Shown here: piece by piece, positions 58,349-64,000 of the stretch
Numbering within the stretch: the first letter of the stretch is position 1
Layout: every line of letters begins with the position of its first letter
Program-made: the position numbers and the translations under genes
The notes under the pieces: model-generated
Database searches by the model: none
Seen by the model: only the letters and a program-made list of their open reading frames with translations
Told to the model about the DNA's origin: nothing
NCBI RefSeq assembly: GCF_006345805.1
Contig: NC_043006.1
Span: 73,470,001-73,534,000 of the forward strand
Direction of reading: 5' to 3'
Origin: Octopus sinensis
Lineage: Eukaryota
DNA length: 64,000 bases

Positions 58349-59218
58349 GGCTGTGTGGTGAGTAGCTTGTTTACAAACCACATGGTTCCGGGTTCAGTCC
58401 CACAGCGTGGCACCTTGGGCAAATGTCTTCTAGTATAGCCTCGGGCCGACCAAAGCCTTGTGAATGGATTTGGTGGACGGAAACTGAAAGAAGCCCGCCG
58501 TATATATGTATATATATATATATGCGTTTGTGTGTCTGTGTTTGTCCCCCTAGCATTGCTTGACAACCGATGCTGGTGTGTTTATGTCCCCGTTACTTAG
58601 CGGTTCGGCAAAAGAGACCAATAGAATAAGTATTGGGCTTACAAAAAAACAAGTCCCGGGGTCGAGTTGCTCGATTAAAGGCGGTGCTCCAGCATGGCCG
58701 CAGTCAAATGACTGAAACAAGTAAAAGAGTAAAATAATAATAATAATAATGAAAATAATAATGAAAATAATAATAATAATAATGGCTGTGTGGTGAGTAG
58801 CTTGTTTACAAACCACATGGTTCCGGGTTCAGTCCCACAGCGTGGCACCTTGGGCAAATGTCTTCTAGTATAGCCTCGGGCCGACCAAAGCCTTGTGAAT
58901 GGATTTGGTGGACGGAAACTGAAAGAAGCCCGCCGTATATATGTATATATATATATATGCGTTTGTGTGTCTGTGTTTGTCCCCCTAGCATTGCTTGACA
59001 ACCGATGCTGGTGTGTTTATGTCCCCGTTACTTAGCGGTTCGGCAAAAGAGACCAATAGAATAAGTATTGGGCTTACAAAAAAACAAGTCCCGGGGTCGA
59101 GTTGCTCGATTAAAGGCGGTGCTCCAGCATGGCCGCAGTCAAATGACTGAAACAAGTAAAAGAGTAAAATAATAATAATAATAATGAAAATAATAATGAA
59201 AATAATAATAATAATAAT
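58349..59218 (+). repeat. Tandem duplication (period 435 bp) of a SINE A plus (ATA)n spacer
   Basis: 58349-58783 and 58784-59218 read as identical, including the spacer variant aatgaaaataataatgaaaat. Confidence 0.9.
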
Positions 59219-59452
59219 GTTTTCTGAGGTGAGGCATTAGTCGATACCTGTGATCCCAGTATTAGACTAATACTTGTTTTACATGACTATATTTATTTTA
59301 TCGACCTCAAAACGATAGAAGCAAAATGGACCTCTGCAGTATTTGAACTGAGAACGTAGAGGCAGACTAAATGCTGTTAAATATTTTGATCAGCGTGCTA
59401 ACGATTCTGCTATTTCCGCGAATAATACTTACTACTACTGCTACTTCTGAAA

Positions 59453-59740
59453 GGGTGCATGGCTTAGTGTTTAGGGTATCCCAAACAAAACTGCGAGACC
59501 GGGGTTTCAATTCCTAGATCGAGTGGTGCGTTGTGTTTTTGAGCAAAACACTCCATATCACGTTGCTCTACGATCACTTCGGCTCTTGACGCATGGCACG
59601 CAGTGTGCCAACGACGATTTGAGGGAGAGAGCGAGCTAATGTGTGGCACATACATTTGATCATTATAAACAAATCATTTGTGCAGTTTGTTCGGTAAAAG
59701 CTGAGCGCCCATACATCGTCGTCGACGGGAGAGTCCATCA
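59453..59740 (+). mobile_element. SINE with C-like tRNA head
   Basis: gggtgcatggcttagtgtttaggg...ggtttcaattcc...gtgtttttgagcaaaacac. Confidence 0.55.
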
Positions 59741-59789
59741 CTACTACTACTTCGTCAGGTATTCCTGCTATGAACGATAAAACACCCCA

Positions 59790-60326
59790 CAAAACTGAAA
59801 CGAAAGAACTATCCAGTCAGGTACTCTTGGACTGAAAATAATGAACTCAACCATTTTCTTGCAGTCACCAACGCATCTTTCCTTTTGTTCGTCAGTGGGA
59901 ACCCTAGGAACACGCTTCATGATTTCGGTGTAGAGTTGCTGCACAAACTTCAAACTCTAAGCTTATTGTCTTTGTAAATGTACGACGGTCTTCATCCAGA
60001 AAATTGCGATATTTTCTCAACCAGCTTTGTTGTTCTGATGCACCCCTCCTCTATAGTATTCTTGCCCAGTTTAATACAAAACTTTATTGCATAGCAAACT
60101 TCAAAATTGTCTTCCAGTCCCGACTACATTCTGCGAAACACCTGTGACAAGCAGCATTCAGTAGAGTGCGTTCTAAGTGCTGTTACAGCCGCCTTCATTC
60201 TGGAATAAAAAGTCGACAAGTACGCTTATTAGATTTATGGTAATGATATACTAAAACTACAATAACCTGGGGCAGTTATAACTGCTTCTCCTAAAGTGTC
60301 TCAAAACTTCTGGAATGCACCTTGTA
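59790..60326 (-). mobile_element. Mariner transposon remnant (one terminal repeat + decayed N-terminal transposase)
   Basis: Minus strand YAIKFCIKLGKN, LDEDRR and RVPRVPTDEQKERCV (like the mariner WVPR motif region); terminus TAcaaggtgcattccagaagtt. Confidence 0.7.
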
Positions 60327-61239
60327 CTTTTATTTTATCTGCAACACAATTAATTAGACCATATAATTTCAGTTTCACAATTCGCAATTAGAAACATAAA
60401 ACATTGTCAATGTATAAGGTATTAATATATTTCTCAAATATGGCGGAACTAATTGAGTAAATGTGATAAACTGATGCAATTAAAAGCTTTTATTCGGATT
60501 AAGAGAACATCTATTAAAATCTACAAAAGATAGTAAGTGGTGTATTTGTTACGTCTCAATGGTGTCGCTAAATGAAATACAGAATAAAAGACGTGTGTAA
60601 CACACTTCTAATATACATCTTATTCTAATATGAGCTTAAGAGACTGCCTACTTTATGATGATTATCTTCATGTTGAATTGAAAAAGAAACCTAACAAAAA
60701 CAGCTAAGTTACGATTCTAAAGTGAATATTCCACTGTTAACACTTGTCATTTGTATTGATCAATCAACTTTTATATTGTTATGTAGACATTTTCTCCTGA
60801 AGTGCATACACCATTAACCGATGTTCAGTATTGCGTTGCTTTAGGAGCAAAACTTCGATAAACACTTTACAAATTGTACTGTAATACCCAGTTCAACGAC
60901 TATTCATTGAAAATATCTTATTTGATTTTCTAGCATTAATGGACGCTGACGTTGAAGAATAAACTTCCTTTTAATCAATCAATTTGACATATTTGAGTCG
61001 ATATATTTAAATGGATATAAATATACTGCTTAAAGACATTGTAAAGTCGGGACAGAGTTAATTTCTTACAGCTTCAAATTATAGCCAAGAATTTTAAAGA
61101 AGTTGTCCAAACAGAATAAATGTATCATGGAGTTAAGTTGCAGATTTCAGCTTCTAAAAGCTTGTTACATGCAAGATTCTTTAACTATTTCTTATTTTAC
61201 CACGGTTATATAAAAGAACTTTATTATGTTATAAAGTCA

Positions 61240-61615
61240 GACATGGTCATGCAGTTAAGAAGCTTGCTTTGTAATCATATGGTTTCAGGTTTGCTCCCAC
61301 TGTATGGCACATTGGGCAAGTGTCTTCCTTAATAGCCCCAGGTGACCAATACTTTTGAGTAAATGTGGTGCACAAAAGCTGCGTAAAACCCATCGTGTGT
61401 GTGTGTGTGTATGTTTGTGTGTGCATGTGCGTGTCTTAGTTTGTCTCCACTCCCCGCTTGACAACCGAGGTTGGTTTGTTTACCACCCTCTAAAATAGGA
61501 GTTCCACAATAGAGATTCGACAAAATATAAATGGAGACGATGTGTTTCACTTAAACCCTTCCAGGCGGTGCTCCAGTATGACCGCAGTCCATTGATTGAA
61601 ACGAAGTAAAAGATA
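61240..61615 (+). mobile_element. Degenerate SINE family A
   Basis: aagaagcttgctt...ggcacattgggcaagtgtctt...ggcggtgctccagtatgaccgcagtc. Confidence 0.6.
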
Positions 61616-62195
61616 TAGTCAGGAAAAAACAAAAACAAAAAAGCAAAAACAATTACACAAAACCCAAGCTCAAACGTGATCATGTCATATAATAGTTATA
61701 TATAGGCGTCTGACCGAGTGGTTTGGGCCTTGGGCTCAGGATCATATGGGCGTGGGTTGCGCGTTTTGTCCTTGAGTAAGGCACTTCGTTTCATGCTACT
61801 TCAGTAAACTCAGCCGATAATGAGAACCAGCACAATACAAATGCAGCCCACTCACCTTCCAGCTGTGTTATCCTCAATGTTCTGCTGGGTTAAGGATGAG
61901 AGACACGGGAGAGGGGCTGTCAGCTCGTGATTACATAGGCACCTGAAACAATTAGAGAAAGCATGGTACAAACCATCAAGTAGCCATAGTTACTTTCAAG
62001 TGACAGTTAATATCATGTTATGCTTTGTTTTAAAGAACGATGACACGCGATGTGAGTGCGTGTGTGCATGTTTATATGTGTGTGTCAGTGTGCGTGCGTG
62101 AGCGCATCTGTGTCTGTGCGAAGTGTAGGTGGTTCGAATAGAAGGAGGAATAACATCCATGTTACAGACGGAGCAGTTTATAAAACAACAACAGC

Positions 62196-62242
62196 AACTA
62201 CTATTACTGTTGCTACTACTACTACTGCCACTAATACTGTTG

Positions 62243-62286
<44 letters not shown>

Positions 62287-62293
62287 GTTGCTG

Positions 62294-62325
<32 letters not shown>

Positions 62326-62350
62326 GTTGCTACTACTACTACTGTTGCTG

Positions 62351-62397
<47 letters not shown>

Positions 62398-62432
62398 GTT
62401 GCTACTACTACTACTACTGTTGCTGCGGCTAC
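62196..62432. repeat. (CTA)n trinucleotide repeat with GTTG interruptions
   Basis: Direct inspection. Confidence 0.9.
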
Positions 62433-62914
62433 TCCTTCTGCAACTTGGTGGTTCTGGACGTAAACCGCAGCAAAAGGGATGCCTTCTGACTAGTAGCTCC
62501 ATACGCTCAGACAACAACAGAACAATTAGCTTTCTTCAGATGTCTGCATGTTCTCTTACGAATTTTCTACTCTCTTTTGTCAGTGGGCGATTGAAGTATC
62601 GTTTTGGATACAAATTTGAACTACGTAGAGCTAACTGATTGGAAAGACATTGCAAAAGCCTGGCAATGTAGGCGTTCTATATCACCCTATCCTTCAAGAA
62701 TTGTCTCTGATGTACTTTTTTTTAATCACCCTATTCGGAAGATTATCACTTCGTTTTGTATTCTGCTTGTCTCAGCCACACGAGATAATATTTCATTAAG
62801 ATGACAGACCTAAATATTTGTTGTATCTAATTTTTCGTATCTCTACGTATACTTGTCTTTCTATCTGCAACACCATTCGCAGGCACCCTGGTGTAAGTAA
62901 TCCTGTTGACAATG

Positions 62915-63513
62915 TGCCGAAACTGCCTTGATTTTCACTCAACTGCTGATGAGGATGGTTTACATCTTGTCCTGTACGGTTTATCCGCAGTTGGTGCTTA
63001 ATTTTTTACACACACACACACACACATCTTTAATAATTTGCTAGTCTCAGCCATTATATTGTAGCCATGCTAGAGTATTACCTTCAACGGTTTAGGGCGT
63101 CAAATCGCCCACACTACTTATTTTATAGTTCGGATCTTATTCTGTCAGTCAGTTTTCGAAACCGCTGAAATACAGGAAAGTAAACATACCAGCACTGTTT
63201 GGAAGCTGTGGTGGCGACAAACGCAAACACACGCACATATACATACATATTTATACGACGGTTTCTTCAGTGTTTCCGTCAACCAAATTCACTCACAAGG
63301 CATCGTCCAGCTTCGGGCTGTAGTAGAAGACACTTGCCCAAGGTATTGCACAATAGGACCGAACCAATACGACGTGTGCACAAAGGGACAGTTATGTTTG
63401 CGCCCATCTCTCTCTCTTATATATAATTAAGCACCAACTGCGGATAAACCGTACAGGACAAGATGTAAACCATCCTCATCAGCAGTTGAGTGAAAATCAA
63501 GGCAGTTTCGGCA
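62915..63513. repeat. Perfect 89-bp inverted repeat pair (62915-63003 / 63425-63513) enclosing a degenerate SINE A (-)
   Basis: tgccgaaactgcc...gcagttggtgcttaatt and its exact reverse complement. Confidence 0.9.
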
Positions 63514-63559
63514 GGGTTATATATCCCTTTAAACTCATTATATATTTAAATATTTTCTT

Positions 63560-63858
63560 TTTTCGCCCTTTTCAAGCCTAGCCAGGCTCATTGGTCCGGC
63601 TTCCCGGTTTCTGTGGCGTATGTGTTCCCCCCACCAGCTGGACGAGATGCCAGTCAGTCGCAGCGTTACTCAAGAAACAGGAAGAGAGAGCGAGAGAAAG
63701 TTGTGGCGAAAGAGTACAACAGGGGTCGCCACCACCTCCTGCCGGAGCCTAGTGGAGGTTTTAAGTGTTTTCGCTCAATACGCCCGGTCTGGGAATCGAA
63801 ACCGCGATCCTCCGACCGCGAGTCCGCTGCCCTTACCACTGGGCCATTGCGCCTCCAC
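63560..63858 (-). mobile_element. SINE family C
   Basis: Reverse complement of ggaggcgcaatggcccagtggtaagggcagcggactcgcggtcgg; body matches 14200-14486. Confidence 0.8.
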
Positions 63859-64000
63859 ATATTTAAATATACCCACATAAATAACACACATATATTTAAG
63901 AAAGAATTTTGGAATGCTTTCTAATTAATTTTAATTATTGATAGAATTAATGAGAGTGATGGATTGCCCGAATAGCTAGAACTGTCGGACTAAATGTTTT

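Noticed and set aside
61996-62638. Poly-Ser, poly-Thr and poly-Leu ORFs
   Set aside because: They are frames of a (CTA)n repeat, with no splice or domain support.
62915-63003. Type II hammerhead or SECIS within the inverted arm
   Set aside because: GAAAC and CTGATGA are present, but helices I and III cannot be formed, and the SECIS 3' GA and apical AA are missing.

Overview
AT-rich eukaryotic DNA made almost entirely of repeats. The SINE and microsatellite content resembles an octopus/cephalopod genome (judged from memory, not from a search). No host gene can be supported. Positions 1-11720 hold a head-to-tail array (period about 5.6 kb) of a Penelope-like retroelement of the Naiad type. Each unit has an RT + C-terminal GIY-YIG ORF, a minimal type I hammerhead ribozyme (HHR) upstream of the ORF (3 copies), and an unusually long, internally repeated 3 kb non-coding segment; the array ends in a (TA)n tract. 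Four more HHR or HHR-like motifs occur in short non-coding elements. The most striking is at 25895-25936 (-): it carries a compensatory U3-A8 core and sits at the tip of a 410-bp fold-back with 128-bp arms that read as perfect inverted repeats. Other contents: two Tx1-like deletion derivatives inserted in tandem at one 15-bp site in a SINE head, Tx1-like 3' ends in (TATC)n, a near-full-length R4/Dong LINE in (TAA)n, a non-autonomous RTE-like element, mariner and Helitron remnants, fold-back elements, three tRNA-derived SINE families and a 5.6-kb degenerate TA/TATG tract.
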